Assembly: GCF_037042905.1 (NCBI RefSeq)
Contig: NC_087251.1
Span: 10,480,001 to 10,544,000, forward strand
Source of the DNA: Lytechinus pictus
Taxonomy: Eukaryota
DNA: 64,000 nucleotides
Direction: 5' to 3'
This document shows, piece by piece, positions 11,601-25,000 of the stretch (positions are counted from its first letter, which is position 1; each line of letters starts with the position of its first letter). The notes under the pieces were generated by a model. That model searched no databases. It was not told the origin of the DNA and saw nothing but the letters and a program-made list of their open reading frames with translations. The position numbers and the translations under genes were made by a program.

Positions 11601-14600
11601 TGTTCTATTAATTTTTCAAAAAGTTGGTAAAAGTGCAAAAATGTGGAATTTTGTGAACACAATCTTCACCTTAAAAGCTCTGGTCATGTGACTTATGAAT
11701 ATTAATGAGTATGCAAATAGCTGCCAATACGTGTGTATAGAGTCAATCAGATGACAATAAAATCAAATTATTTCATGGAAAATACATTTTAATATTACAG
11801 TGAGTGTATAGATATTGATAAAATAATGTTAGAAAATAGTTTAGGCTCTGATTTTGTTTGAGAAATTAAAAAAAGTGAAATTCTAGCTAACTTTTTGAAT
11901 CACTAACTGTACTTTCTAAGCCTTATTTTTTGTACATATAGAGGTGCATATCTCCATTTTCTCACTACACAATATGTTTTCAATAGCAAAGCTTTGCTGT
12001 TGGGGACATTGGCACTGACTAAGAAGTGTGTCAATATTTTCGCTTGTTGTTAAATTCGCGGCCGATCGGCAATTCGCGAAAATTACAGCTTATACAGTAA
12101 CTTGATGCTTTTGAATAGCCCACAAAACTATCTGATTCATTGAAAAAGAGGTTTATGAAGAGATTCACAGTACATGTACATGAAGAAACATGATTTCATT
12201 TTGGTATTCACTCAAGCAATATAGCTTACACTTGGATGTATCATATGGAGGTTATTAGGTGCACTGTAAATTGACCACTTGATGTCCAACATCATATTGA
12301 TTATTGTAATGTGATTTTCTATTATTCAAATTCATTTTCATTTCAGGGTGTGACTGCCGGACATAATTTCAATATCTATCTGCATGAAGCATGACTACTG
12401 TGCAAGCCAGGGCCAGGTTTAGGTTGATTCTTTGAATGATTAAAAACTAAAATGAAAATACACAGGATTTATTTAAATATCAACCAGACTCTTCTGTAGA
12501 GTAAATATACAGTTAATAACAAAAACAGGATTTTGCAGTAACCCAATCTGCCTGACACAAGGGCGTTAATACATGACACCACACCATTCAAGTGAAGGAT
12601 GATAGATGAAATCACCCTCCCCCCCCCCCCCCCCCCCTCTGAACAATATTTTGCTGCTTGAAGTTATGCCAGTGACCTGAAAATCCTGTTATATCCTTTA
12701 TTCCAACTCACCTTTGATGGTTTGTATCCAAAAAGTCTGATCACAGCCACTTTCACATCCTCCCTTGATAGGAAACCTTTGTTATCTTCATCAACATCTT
12801 GAAAAATCTGTATAAAATAGAAAACGTTGTAATAAGCAAATTAAATTAGAAATATATTATGATAATAAAACCAAGCAAAATGAATAACTCTCACAAATTA
12901 AGTAAGGGGATGTCAAATAGCTACATACAAAGAACATATCAGCCCATTCCAAACCTGAATAGCATTTTTTATCAATTTTTTAAAAATAATATTCTTCATT
13001 GGTCTACTTGTGTGCGTGGGGGGGGGGGGGGCATGAGAGAATGTTGCGATGCTCGCGAAGGGAAAAAGTTAGAAAAGGGGATAAATCATTCTTCTTAGCT
13101 ATAGTGCATAAGCTCTTAGTGATTTTCTCCAATTTTATCCACACTAGGCCCTACTCCTTTAAAAAAAAATTTGCAGGTCATTTTTTCATCAACTATTAAA
13201 AAGTGGTGCTCACTCATGCCAAACCTTTTCTTGACTGCCAAATCATATTGTCATTCGGATAAAAGACTCGTTAAAAAATATAAGATGCGGACAGCATGTA
13301 AGGATTTCATTAAAGGTCAAGTCCACCCCAGGAAAATGTTGATTTGAATAAATAGAGAAAAATCAAACTAGCATAGTGCTGAAAATTTCATCAAAATCGG
13401 ATGTAAAATAAGAAAGTTATGGCATTTTAAAGTTTCGCTTATTTTTCACAAAACAGTGATGTGCTTAACTCAGTGACATGCAAATGAGTCAGTTGATGAT
13501 GTCCATCACTCACTATTTCTTTTTTTTATTGTTTGAATTACACAATATTTTAATTTTTACAGATTTGACAATAAGGACCAACTTGACTGAACCATATAGT
13601 ATCACACAATGCTAATTCCACATGTTCAGGGAGGAATTAATCGTTGTTTCACTTGACAATGAGAAGAAAATTAGAATATTTCATATAATAAAATACAAAA
13701 GAAATAGTGAGTGGATGACGTCATCAGTCTCCTCATTTGCATACCAGCAAGGGTGCGCATATAACTGTTTTGTGAAATTAAGCGAAACTTAAAAATGTCA
13801 TAACTTTCATATTTTACATCCACTTTTGATAAAATTTTCAGTGTTATTCTTGTTGTATTTTTCTCTTTTTATTCAAATCAACTTTTTGTTGGGATGGACT
13901 TGTCCTTTAATATATCATTTCATAGGATTTTTCATAAATACTCATTGTAAAGGCCTAAAATTCCAGGCCTGAATAGTGCAAACGAGGAGGTGGAAGTAAT
14001 GCCCCTCTGTTCCGGGAAAGTGGGAATCATTTAACAAGTAAAAATTTTCCTTATTCTTTGTATGGAAGTGGAGGAACAAGATGTAGAACAAAGATAGACA
14101 GCCCATTGAATCTTTTGGTCTACCCATAGCATGTACATTCCTCTCCTATTGGATAAGTGTTTCTCTTTGTATACATATAGCCTTCAATTTTGTGGCACGC
14201 AAAAAATGAAATCACTCAAAAAGACACAATGTCCATAAAACATTCCAGATTGTAAGACATTCAAATTGCATCAGAAATGATAATCAGCAAACTTGAAAAA
14301 CAATTCATTATAATTATGGATATAAATGAAGGTTATTGCCAAACTATCTTCATGTTCCATCATTATGGCAATATGACAGTTCCCTTTGATCTACAATTTG
14401 CATGTTTATGACTATCAGAATACAGAACATTTGCATGATAGATTTCCTTTTAACAGTGTTTTTGCAATCATTGTTGTTTCTTTTTCACATAATTTTTTTA
14501 TGTTTTCTGGTAATGTAGTGTCTACAAGAATTGTTTTTACACACATACAGCAATGCAAAATGAGAAGTTCTAAAAACTATGCTGGAACCCAAAAAATACT

Positions 14601-16400
14601 TGGTTGGCCATCATAAAATATAATGAATTACCGTATATATCCTATGAAAGAGGAAGTGTAGCCTTTGCTTTGCACCAAGTTGAAAATTGTCATCGGTCAC
14701 GCATGATTATGAAATGCAATTTGCATATTTTCAGACCTTGCTGTGATTATTAAAGCGTAATGCGCAACACTTCATTGATCATGACTTATTCCCTATTTTT
14801 CCAAAAGATGAGATGATTTGCTTTCATTTAGTATTCAATTCTTAATATTTCAGTCAGTTTTACAGATTTCGTAAAAGATTTATAACAAATTGATGTCTAA
14901 CTGCTCTTGACTCAATAACTTTTGTAAATGGGTGTAATTAGATTAATTTATTATATTTCATTTCCTTTCAAATTAATATAAAATGGAAAGTATGGCCTTT
15001 GTTTTGCAACTACTTCAAGATAGTAATCAGTCATGCATGAATGATTATGAATTGTTATATGCAACAATGCATATTTTCAGACCTTGCTGTGATTATTGAA
15101 GTGTAGCATGCAATGCTTCATTGATCATGGTTCATTTCCTTTTTTTCTGAGAGATGAGATGATGTGCTTTCATTTGATATACAGTTCTTAATATTTCAGT
15201 CGGTATTACAGATTTCATAAAAGATTTTAAACAAATTGATACCTGTCTGCTGTTGTCCCATTGACTTTTGTACATGGGTGTATAAGTACATGGGTGTAAT
15301 TAGATTCACTTTCAATATTTTATTTCCTGTCAAAATGAATAAAACGGGTGAAAAGGATTTGAATTTTATATGAAATTAAGGCATGTCATCTCATCTCTAA
15401 GAAAAAATAAGTCATGATCATCGAAGCATTGCGAGTTATGCTTCAATGATCACAAAATGGTATGGAAATATGCATTATCACACTGAATGAATTATAATCA
15501 TTCATGTGTCATGTGTGACCGATGACAATTTGCAACTAGATGTAAAACAAAGAGTCAGACTAACGTTAGACCTATACTTTTCTCTTTCTTATGATATATA
15601 ATTCATTAGAGTTTATGAAAGCCAGGTTAGCCAGGTTACAGATTTTTTACTTTCATCATAGCCAATCAATCCACTCATTTTTCAGTGTTTTTGATGTAGT
15701 GTACAAATAATGTATGTGCTGGCAACATACGAATACCACATCTCAAGAGATTCTCTTACTAGATTCTTACACAAATATTTTTGTATCTTCAAAGTGAAAA
15801 TTACGATAAATCTGTATTCTGAAATCATTCCCATTATCTTTTCTTTCATTGAATATGCATTGTCTAATTGTGTAAAGCTGAAAACAATGAATTTTCAATA
15901 CACCTGTGCACAAGATATTGAATTGAGATCAAAGGTAATTTGAAAATGCTCTCATTAAATTAAAAATTCTAATCTCTCTTTTCTATTCTTTGTCTTTGAT
16001 AGCTATAAAAGCTTTCCCTCAAAAAAAATCCTTCACCAATGTATTTATTTTGATATTCTTTTCTAATTTTTACATTACAATAAACTTTTTGACAGGATGA
16101 ACATCCCCTTTAAATGCAGCTAGGCATAATAATATTCAATAACAAATTTGGCCTTTCAAAATGGATATTTATCCAAATTCAAAGACTAGGCTTCATAAGT
16201 ACGGTACGCAAAGAAAAATCACCATGCATTCCCAATGCCTGTCGACAGAGCAGCGCAGCGCGGTCTGTACTACAGGCTCCACCCCCGCGAGGCTTGAGCC
16301 CGGCCCGGAGGCCCGCCGTGAGCCTCCAGCACCGTATCGTTACCGGTACCACATGATCTTGAACCGGGAATTCGGGATCTCGACTTACACCTTCCAACAT
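8674..16400 (-). CDS. EFCAB11: EF-hand calcium-binding domain protein 11, about 141 aa; exons (minus) 16400-16389 (tentative), 12807-12712, 10716-10677, 9914-9813, 9260-9170, 8758-8674
   Basis: Spliced translation MLEG|IFQDVDEDNKGFLSREDVKVAVIRLFGYKPSK|FEVDELMKNIDGPG|ITLNEFKSAMKPKLAAQDPDEKIRQIFVAFDSKC|RGFLTLEDVEKACKLVAPKIQPHHIQKAFS|ELDGDGDGRVSYRDFEFMMMYTLPAGI*. It matches recalled EFCAB11 motifs (KGYLSRED, LFGYKPSK, RHIFTAFD, RGFLTLED, DGHVSFRDFE). All introns are GT-AG and in phase. The 12-nt first coding exon (AAAATG...GGT|gtaagt) is the least certain part. Confidence 0.9.
11265..12099. mobile_element. Non-autonomous DNA element with TACTGTA...TACAGTA ends, probably carrying an internal insertion (about 11400-12030)
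   Basis: tactgta.aagctgttattttcgcg / cgcgaaaattacagcttatacagta inverted ends, with repeated ttttcgcg motifs near both ends. Confidence 0.7.
13310..13910. mobile_element. TTAA-targeting MITE (Kolobok-like), family K1 copy 1
   Basis: TTAA|AGGTCAAGTCCACCCC...TGGACTTGTCCT|TTAA. Homologous copies at 27026, 38203 (split) and 60241. Confidence 0.85.
14590..15640. repeat. Foldback-like element: about 370-bp unit in tandem plus a partial inverted copy
   Basis: gcatattttcagaccttgctgtgattatt...agatgagatga...ttcttaatatttcagtc occurs at about 14720 and 15070. An inverted copy (tcatctcatct...gtcatgatca...gtgaccgatgacaatt) lies at about 15385-15540. Confidence 0.65.
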
Positions 16401-16660
16401 TTTCTGTCCTCGAGTGGTTTGGGTTTACCACAATGATGCAGAGGGTACGTCTTGGGTCTTGGTCTTGACTACGATTAGCTCCTGTTTTGGCTTTATTTTA
16501 TGGTTGGTTCCTAAGACTCTCTGTCTACGTCTGGCACTAGCTTGCTCTGAGTCTCTGACCTCTGTTCCAAACTTGGCAAAGTCAGATTAGCGACGTCGCG
16601 ACACGTGCGAATCGTTCGTCCAGATCCAGTATCCAGATCCAGCGTACAATTTTTCACAAC
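16400..16660 (-). promoter_or_regulatory. Probable 5'UTR and promoter of EFCAB11
   Basis: GC- and CpG-rich island at about 16230-16650 around a strong gtaagt donor (16383-16388). Confidence 0.45.
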
Positions 16661-16852
16661 GTAGGATGGCAAACCAAATCAAATCGAAGATTGATGAATT
16701 ATGCATGAGAGATTCACTTTGCTCAGGTATAAACCCGACATCATGTAACTTGATGTATTTTTCCAGTAGATTGTGTTTATCTGTATTTTCTCATTTCAGT
16801 GTACATGTTATATTTGCTGATTTCTCTAAAATTTATACATTCCCTTTCCACT

Positions 16853-17577
16853 AGAAAAGAAAAGAAAAAATAAAAGAAAAGGAAAGGAAAGGAAAGGAAA
16901 GGAAAAGAAAAGAAAAATATGAAAGAATCTATCATTAAATTATTTTTAAAAGATTTGGCAAAAAATTTTCAATTCTGGCTGTTTGCCATCAGAACCCCAA
17001 AACCAAACGTATTTAGGTTATTCTTTTATTTTCCATAGCGTGTTTGCATGGGGTATGTTTTTTCCCAAGCCTTTTCTGGGGCTTTTTCCTCCTCGTTTCT
17101 GAAAAGTGTTCGAGCACGAGACAAAACTTATTTAGGGGGTGTTTGGAAATAATTTGGTCACGCATGTACGTTGAAAAACATTTTACTGCCCCCCCCCCCA
17201 ATTCTATGAAGTTTGTCACTATATCAGGCAGCTTCTTATTGACGTTCAATATGAAAGGCGACCCGGGAAGGCGACACGATGAGATTGACAGCTGCAAAGC
17301 ATGAGATGAAGTGGAGGGCATCTTCATTACCATCTTTACAAAGAAAAGAAAAGAAATGAAAAGAAAGAAAAGAAAAAAAGAAAGGAAAAGAAAAGAAAAA
17401 AGAAAAGCAAAAAAAAAAAAAAAGGAAATGAAAAGAAAAGAAACAAAAAAAAAACATGAAAAAAAAGACCTTAGAAAAAAAACATAAAGGAGAAAAAAGA
17501 CAAATAGAAAAATATGAAAGAATTTATTATTTTTTCAATTCTATCTGGCTGTTTGCCATCAGAACCCCAAAACCAAA
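16853..17577. repeat. Duplicated (GAAAA/GGAAA)n purine tract plus shared about 90-bp block, flanking a templated insertion
   Basis: aaatatgaaagaat...ggctgtttgccatcagaaccccaaaaccaaa at about 16915-17007 and 17510-17577, each preceded by an A/G microsatellite. Confidence 0.8.
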
Positions 17578-17993
17578 GAAATGATAATAAGACCATGGAC
17601 CTACTCATAATAAGACTAAAAGCAAGCCGAGAGGGGTCACTCACAGACCCGCTCACCGACCATAGTAGCTAGCATTAATTGACAGACATATAGCCATGCA
17701 TACCCATGCGTGTCCCAAAATTAATGTTTATGCCCGGTACATGAGCACATCGTGAAACCAATATCTCCTTGGTGAAACTAAACCTCACAAGTTACTTCCA
17801 TGCAGGCTTAGTTAAATATAGTTAGTAAAGGAACACTAAGATACCAATTACAAAGGACAACTGAAAACAAAGAAAGAACGATAAAAAAGTAAATTAAAAT
17901 GCTGGGGAAGAGGGAAGCTATCATAATAATATCCAATCTTCTTCTTCTTTCTTCTTCCTCCGCTTGATTCGGATATCAGCAGATAGATCCTGC

Positions 17994-18338
17994 TAGTGGC
18001 GTACTTATAGGATTTTCCACAGGGGGGACAAAAATTTGACAAGCAAAAAAAAAAGAAAAAAAAAAGAAAAAAAAAAAAAAAAAAAAAGGTCTTCGATCAC
18101 AAATAAAGGATTTCGTACCAGATAAAAATTGACAAGCAAAAAAAAAAAAAAAAAAAAAAAAAGGTCTTCGATCACAAATAAAGGATTTCGTACCAGAAAA
18201 AAATTGACAAGCAAAAAAAAAAAAAAAAAAAAAAAAAGGTTTTTCAAGCCCGTCAGGGGGGGCAAAGATACGTTTTTGCATGGCTTGTGACTCGTCAGGG
18301 GGGGCACTCTGCCCCCCCCCCCCGTAGGTACGCTAGTG
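17994..18338. mobile_element. hAT-like MITE with 8-bp TSD and internal aaattgacaagc(A)n subrepeats
   Basis: Ends TAGTGGCGTAC...GTACGCTAGTG; TSD GATCCTGC at 17986-17993 and 18339-18346. Confidence 0.88.
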
Positions 18339-18379
18339 GATCCTGCAGGTATAGTAAGTTGGGCTTAGGACTGTACAGG

Positions 18380-19995
18380 GGTACCGGTGGATCCAGCTTT
18401 CACCCATATTTTTCCCGATCGGCCGCTCAAAGTTGATTTGAAGGGGTAGTCCAAATTTTTAGCTATATTCTTATAAAGCAACATAAATATATCATAATCT
18501 CATAAGCCCTATTTTAATAGTTCGAGCGCGAAGCGCGAGCTGAAATTTTTAGAAAAATTGCATGCATTTTGTCCTGACTTGAAAATTTAACATTTCGAAT
18601 GAGCAATGTTTGTGATCCTGAACAAGATGCATGTAATTATAGGCCTAAATTTACCGCGAGTGTGAAGCACGAGCATAAAATTTTGATATATAGGTTAATT
18701 CTGGCCTGATCGAAAAAAAATGGCCATTCGAAGCACTTTTTGTAATCATGAATAGGATAGGTATATAACCATGATAACTAAATAATGTGAGCGCGAAGCG
18801 CGATTTGAAAAAAAAAATTAACGGAACACTCTATTCATGTTTTGTAAAGCATGAAAAAGATGTGCAATTGGGTATCTTCCCACATTAATAATGCGAGCGC
18901 TTAGCGCGAGCAGAAAATTTTTGATATTCTGATCTGAAACTGGCTAATTTAAGCATGTCTTAAATAAAGAGCCATCTGCATAAACATGCGTGTGTGATTT
19001 TTGGATTTAGACCTAAAAATCTGGGCAATGTAAATACTTTTTCTATCATGAATATCAATAATGTGAACGTGAAGCGCGAGCTGAAAATATTTGATATTCC
19101 GATCTGAAAAGGATAGATTTAATCACCGTGACTATCTTAGCATGTGTAGGAAAAGTCTGGAGTGGATAGGAACCGCAATTAATGAATATTAAATGATGCG
19201 AGCGCGAAGCGCGAGCTGATATTTTTATCATTATTATTTTGACCTAGAAACGGGACCATCTAAGGATATGAAAATGAAGAATATCTTCCTATTGAATTCC
19301 TCTTCCTAACCCTAGATAAAAAATTGTCGATATTCCTTTCTGAAAAAAGGACAATTTAATTATTAAGAATTCATGAAAATTTTATTTTCTTATTCATTTA
19401 TCTAATAACTCTAAATGAGAGCGCGAAATTTGTTGATATGAAGGCCTAAAAAATCGAAATTTTAAGCACTTTTGTATGAAAAGGATTTATGGGTAAATAT
19501 GTTTGTAATAATAATTAATGCGAGCGCAAATCGCCAGCCGAAATTTTTGATAAAACGTCAGGAAAATGGGTGTTAAGTATAGTTGTTATGGCCTAAAGGA
19601 CAATAAAAGTATACATTATTCACCCATCAAAATACGAGCGCGCAGCGCTAGCTGATTGGTTTTGACAATCGAACCTGAAAAGGGATAGGTACTTGACAAA
19701 TCAAATAATGCGAACGCGCAGCGCGAGCTGAAATTATTGATACTCAGACAATAAAACGGTCGGAGAACTTTTGAAAATCAATTTGTAAATCAAACAAAAT
19801 ACTGAAAGCTCGATGTCCGAACTGAAATATGTTTTGTATATAGACTTCAATACTTGATTAAGCTCCATATCAGACTATTGATCAAGATATGTATCTCATC
19901 GAACATACAATGCGAGCACGAAGCGCTTTCCCATTTTCTCCGCCAATATATAGGGGGAGGGGCCTGGGCCCCGATCGCCCCCCTGGATCCGCCTA
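18380..19995. mobile_element. About 1.6-kb non-autonomous element with GGATCC-containing termini and an internal tandem array
   Basis: ggtggatccag...ctggatccgcct ends; about 12 degenerate gcgagcgcgaagcgcgagctgaaa motifs spaced about 100-200 bp. Confidence 0.7.
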
Positions 19996-20082
19996 TATGG
20001 GGACATAACGTTGTGTATTGTAATAGTGGTCAGTCAGAGCATCAGAGATCGGATATGTTTAGCAGAGTATATAGGCCTCAAG

Positions 20083-20406
20083 CAGTGGCGTACCCAGGAT
20101 TTTCCACATGGGGGGGGGGGGGGCAAATTCGTCTGCCAAAAAATTTGACAAGCAAAAAAAAAGGTCTTCAATCACAAATAAAGGATTTCGTACCAGAAAA
20201 AAATTTGACAAGCAAAAAAAAAAAAAAAAAAACTTCAATCACAAATAAAGGATTTCGTACCAGAAAAAATTTGACAAGCAAAAAAAAAAAAAAAAGGTCT
20301 TCAAGACTCGTCAGGGGGGGGGGGGGGGAGGGATATGTCCCTTGCATGGGTTGTGACTCGTCAGGGGGGCAGTCTGCCCCCTCTGCCCCCCGTAGGTACG
20401 CTAGTG
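20083..20406. mobile_element. hAT-like MITE, same family as 17994-18338
   Basis: CAGTGGCGTAC...GTACGCTAGTG; TSD GCCTCAAG at 20075-20082 and 20410-20417 (3 extra nt before the right copy); same internal subrepeats. Confidence 0.85.
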
Positions 20407-20551
20407 CATGCCTCAAGTGAAGACGACCTTAGCATCAGTGGATTTTTGGTAAGAAGTGGAGGGCAAGTGTCGCAAACAATTTCACTGTGTCTGCAGGAAG
20501 GTCTTGGTTTGGGAGGAGAACTATAGTCGGACAAATGCCAGGGGGTCAATT

Positions 20552-20950
20552 CCGGGGGGGGGGGGGCAGTCCAATATATTGCTGTACACATGAGTGATAA
20601 AAAAACGCGTTTAAAGGTTTTTTTTTCAGTTTTGGACGCGGGCCGCGCCTGCACTCGTTAAGGGTATCAAAAACATCGACATTAAAAAAAGAGGTGGTTT
20701 TGAATCGCCGGTCAATGGTCAATCGCGGGGTCAAACGTATTTAGGTTATTCCTTTATTTTCCAAAGCTCTTTTTAAAGACTAGCCAAACGTGTTTGGGGT
20801 TTTTTCCCAAGCCTTTTCACTGGGGCTTTTTCCTCCTCGTTTGTGAAGTCAATTCGGGCACGAGACAAAACTTGTTTAGGGGTGTTTGGAAATAATTCGG
20901 TCACACATGTGTACGTTGAAAAACATTTAACTGCCCCCCCCCCCCCGCGA
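20552..20950. mobile_element. MITE with poly-G/poly-C termini and about 10-bp TSD (MULE-like)
   Basis: cc(G)n cagt...actg(C)n g ends; direct repeat GGGGTCAATT at 20542-20551 and 20951-20960. Confidence 0.8.
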
Positions 20951-22019
20951 GGGGTCAATTCTATGAAGTTTGTCACTAGTTCCCATATCAGGCAGCTTAT
21001 TGACGTTCAATATGAAAGGCGACCCGGGAAGGCGACACGATGAGATTGAAGACAGCTGCAAAGCAGAAGATGAAGTGGAGGGCATCTTCATTACCATCTT
21101 TACAAAGTCGACAGGAGGCAGTTTTGGGTTTTCCAATTTTAGAGAGACGCTTCTGAGTAGGGTAGGAGTTGGGAGCTGGGCTATGTGCCTTATACGGAGA
21201 TGAGGGGCTAATCCTTCTGGAAATAGCAGTGAAGGTGAAAAGAGACTGTCGCCTTCCAGAAGGCTAGTGTTGATTTTGGTTGCTATAAAAACAAATAAAA
21301 GAAGAACATGCAAAAAAAATTACAAATTTTAAAAAGAGCAAGATAGGAATCAAGTGTTGCAATCTTAATTTTCTACTAAAAAGGGCAAGGCCATGCACTC
21401 CGAATTATAAAGCCTAGCTTAAATTATTTTCTCCCAAAAACATAGATTGATGAAAAAAAGTGAAAATAACTTGTGTTTTTGGCAAACCTATATCCCCTGT
21501 CAATTCTTAAAAAAACGTAAACATCAATTAATCTAAAAATTGCGAAAATATGCCTAAACAATAGGGGTATATTGACATTAGTCTATGCACACAGCCATTA
21601 TTGCAAGCTTGGACGATTGGATTTGGGAAATAAATCGAATCAAATCAATTGTAAATAATTAATTCAATCTCTATTTTGGGGTGTTTCAAGGATTTTTTAT
21701 ATCAAAAAATGAAATTAGGATAAAGAAAGTTTTGAACGCTATTTGATTATTGGTTCTCTTTTTACGATCATGGACCTAAGTAAGGGGACCTATCATGGTA
21801 CGATAGACTAGCGAAACGAATTATATGAATAATTCATCAGGTTTCAATTACTATCCTACGGTTTAAAGATTTGCTACCACGCCGGCGCGGCCGGAGCGCC
21901 AAGCTGGCCAAGCTAGCGCTGCTGTATATTGCTGATCCGTGGTTGGAAGCTACACATGTATTTGTCTATCTATGGTTGGAAGCTGAACCCGTCAGTTTGA
22001 GTTTTCCCAGACCCATATT

Positions 22020-25000
22020 ATGGCAGATTTTGAAACGAAAGGATGGAATCGAGATGGAAAGCGTGACAGGGGTAATTGTGTATTGAATATTGTTAATTAT
22101 TAACCTATTTCAATTCAGATCTATCAATAGCTAGGCCCAAACTCAAGTCCTATTCCTAACGTCGACAGGAGTTCAGTTTATTCGCATATGCATCGACACG
22201 GACGAATGAGGCAGTGATTCATAGAATCCTCACTAAGAGATAGACTATAGCCCACGGGGGGTCGGCGGATATGTCCGGACACTTTATATTTTTGAAGCCT
22301 TTTTATTTGTCTTTCCGATTACACTAATACTAATAGTCTAGTCCAGTCAATCTAGCCAGAATAGGGGGGGTAACCCACCACTAATTGCAACACGAGATAT
22401 TCCACTGAAAATGTTTTCCAGGAAGGTCCCTAAACAACATATGATGGTGGGCCCTAGTCTTGAGGACTCCATGATGATGTCTTTAAAAACAAATTTGACA
22501 TATACTTCTCCATCATGGAGCCTGTTCAGACCGGCAGAGATAGCGCGATCTAGCGCGCGCTAGATCGCGCTTTCTCTGCGGTGTGGAAGGTACAACGTCG
22601 TTTCGGTCCGCCCAACAGCGAGCCACGGCGAGCCAAAACGGCGTGCCACTGGAGCACCTCTTGGGGGTGGTCCACGAGAGATAGCGCGGTCTAGTGCGCG
22701 CTAGATCGCGCTATCTCTGCCGGTGTGAACCCGAGCTACGATAGCACGCCGGAAATACAAGAGTCTAGAATCTAGATTAATCAAATTAGAAATACATGCA
22801 CAATGTATACAACGCCATGAAATAAACGTAGGCCGGCTAGCATAATATGCACAGCGATATCGAGCTCTCAACTAACTAGTACGGGTTCGTAATAGCGCGC
22901 GAAATCTTTGACCGCTCTGACCTCATGACGTCACGCGTCATGGCAACAGGACCTCTAAAAAAAGGGGGTGCTACGATAGACCGCGCTATCTCACTGCGGT
23001 GTGAATCCGGCGAATGCCAATGGGCGGACCGTGGATCGCGCTACGATAGCGCGATCCACGGTCCGCCCACGGTCCCCCCTTGCGGTGTGAACAGCCTCAT
23101 GGAGAAGTATATGTCAAATTTGTTTTAAAAGACATCATCATGGAGTCCTCAAGACTAGGTCACTAGGTGGGCCCCAAGTCTGCGCACCTAACAATTTGAG
23201 TTAAGATTTAACATGAATTTCTTTTTATTTCACAAAATCTTTCAGTTGATAATGTTCCTTATATTATTAAGAGTAAGTGTACCAAATTTCTCATTAAAAA
23301 ATGAAAGAAAAAGGATTTTCTTGAATAAACCTCGGGCAGTCATTTTCAGATTGAAAAAATCTATAGGGCCTATACCCCATGTCTGCGCACTCATTCACTT
23401 TGCACAAGATTCTGGGATTTTGATGAGAAAGGCTGCATTTTGAGGCCGTCACATAAAATGCCCTAAATTCATTATTTTTCCACAATTTTGAGACGGATTT
23501 TTTATGAATACCTGTCTATGTATTGAATATGTAAAGTTTGTGCTCGTTGCGTATCTTCCTTTACTAGAATCGCGCAGATACGCGTGTGCGCAGAGAAGTG
23601 GGACTGCGCAGACTTGGGGGAACTTGCCATACTAAAAGTCCCAAGAAATCCAAAGACCAAGCAGTGGAAATTTATGAAATTTGCATATTATGCAAATTAG
23701 CCATGAAAAATTAGAAAAAGAAGGGAAATAATCCAAAGATTACAAATTAAATGTCCAAAACAATTTAATTTGAATGGAAATTCAGGATAAATAACTGAAT
23801 TCAATGTTTGTAATAAAAAGTGCAAAACTGTCTACCTCATTTGCATATAATGCAAATAAGCATCCTTATATGGAAAAAATTCAAGATATTGTGATATTTC
23901 TCATATAGACTGAGATAAGAGCTCTGATGTGTAGGGTGGAGATTTATCGCTAAGCGCTTTAAATACAAGGACCCCAAGTTTATATTAAGCTAAGTGGTGT
24001 GCTACAAGGACCAAATATTCAAAGCTAATGGGCTTTTATTTGTACGGGTGTGACATCTTGTGCTGATCACTTGGCAATCCAGGAGTTTGCTAGCGTGGAC
24101 TCGCAAGAAACGCAAAGTCAAAGTCAAGAAGAGAGCAAGACTTGGATGGAAATAATGAAGCATTCAAGCAGTGGGATCCATGTACATGTAGAATGGATTC
24201 ATCATTGTACAATATGAGAGGGGTAACTGCTCGTGACAAATGTCAATATCAACCAAGCAAGAAGCGTAGGGAAGGTCATCAGGGTTAATACACATAATCT
24301 ACATGGAATTTTCGAGGAAAGTATCACGTATGTGTTTCCTTGAATATTTATAACATGTCGGATGCTTATTTGCATAATATGTAAATTACACTTCAGATAT
24401 TAAGCTGATTATTAAAGGAGAATGAAACTCTTGGAGCAAGTTAGCTTTTGTGAAAGCAGAAAAATCAAAGAATAAGATCAACAAAAGTTTGAGTAAAATA
24501 GGACTAGCAATAGAAGAGTTATGAGCATTTGAATGTCGAGATCACTAATGCTATGGAGATCCTCCCATTGGCAATGCGACCAAGATCTATGATGTCACAG
24601 ATGAACAACTCTCCCCTTTTGGACACTGAAAATATACCCCAAAACATTTCTTTTTGCTCATTCTAATCATATGACAAACGATTCATCAATGATATAATGT
24701 GAAACCTCTGTACTTGTCCTCTCATAAAGAGAACACCTCACCTTGTGATAGACTCTTTAAAAGTGAGAATATAAGTGAAATAAGTACTAAAGTAATGAGG
24801 GAGTTGTACGTGTGTGACATCACAGATCTTGGTCGCATTGCCAATGGGAGGATCTACATGGCATTAGTGATCTCAATATTCAAATGCTCATAACTTTCTT
24901 ACTATTCATTCAATCTTCCTCAAACTTTCAACAATATGTTTCTTTGATTTTATTCTTTGATATGGATTTAGCTGGTTTCAAGGGTTTCATTCTCCTTTAA

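Noticed and set aside
16391..16470. Alternative EFCAB11 first-exon frame KPKPLEDRKCWK using a gt donor 2 nt upstream
   Set aside because: It resembles the vertebrate N-terminus, but there is an in-frame TAG upstream and no ATG. The MLEG start with a consensus donor is preferred, though still tentative.
17976..20420. Poly-Phe and poly-Lys ORFs, including the 188-aa ORF 19854..20420
   Set aside because: They are translations of poly-A subrepeats in MITEs and cross element boundaries.
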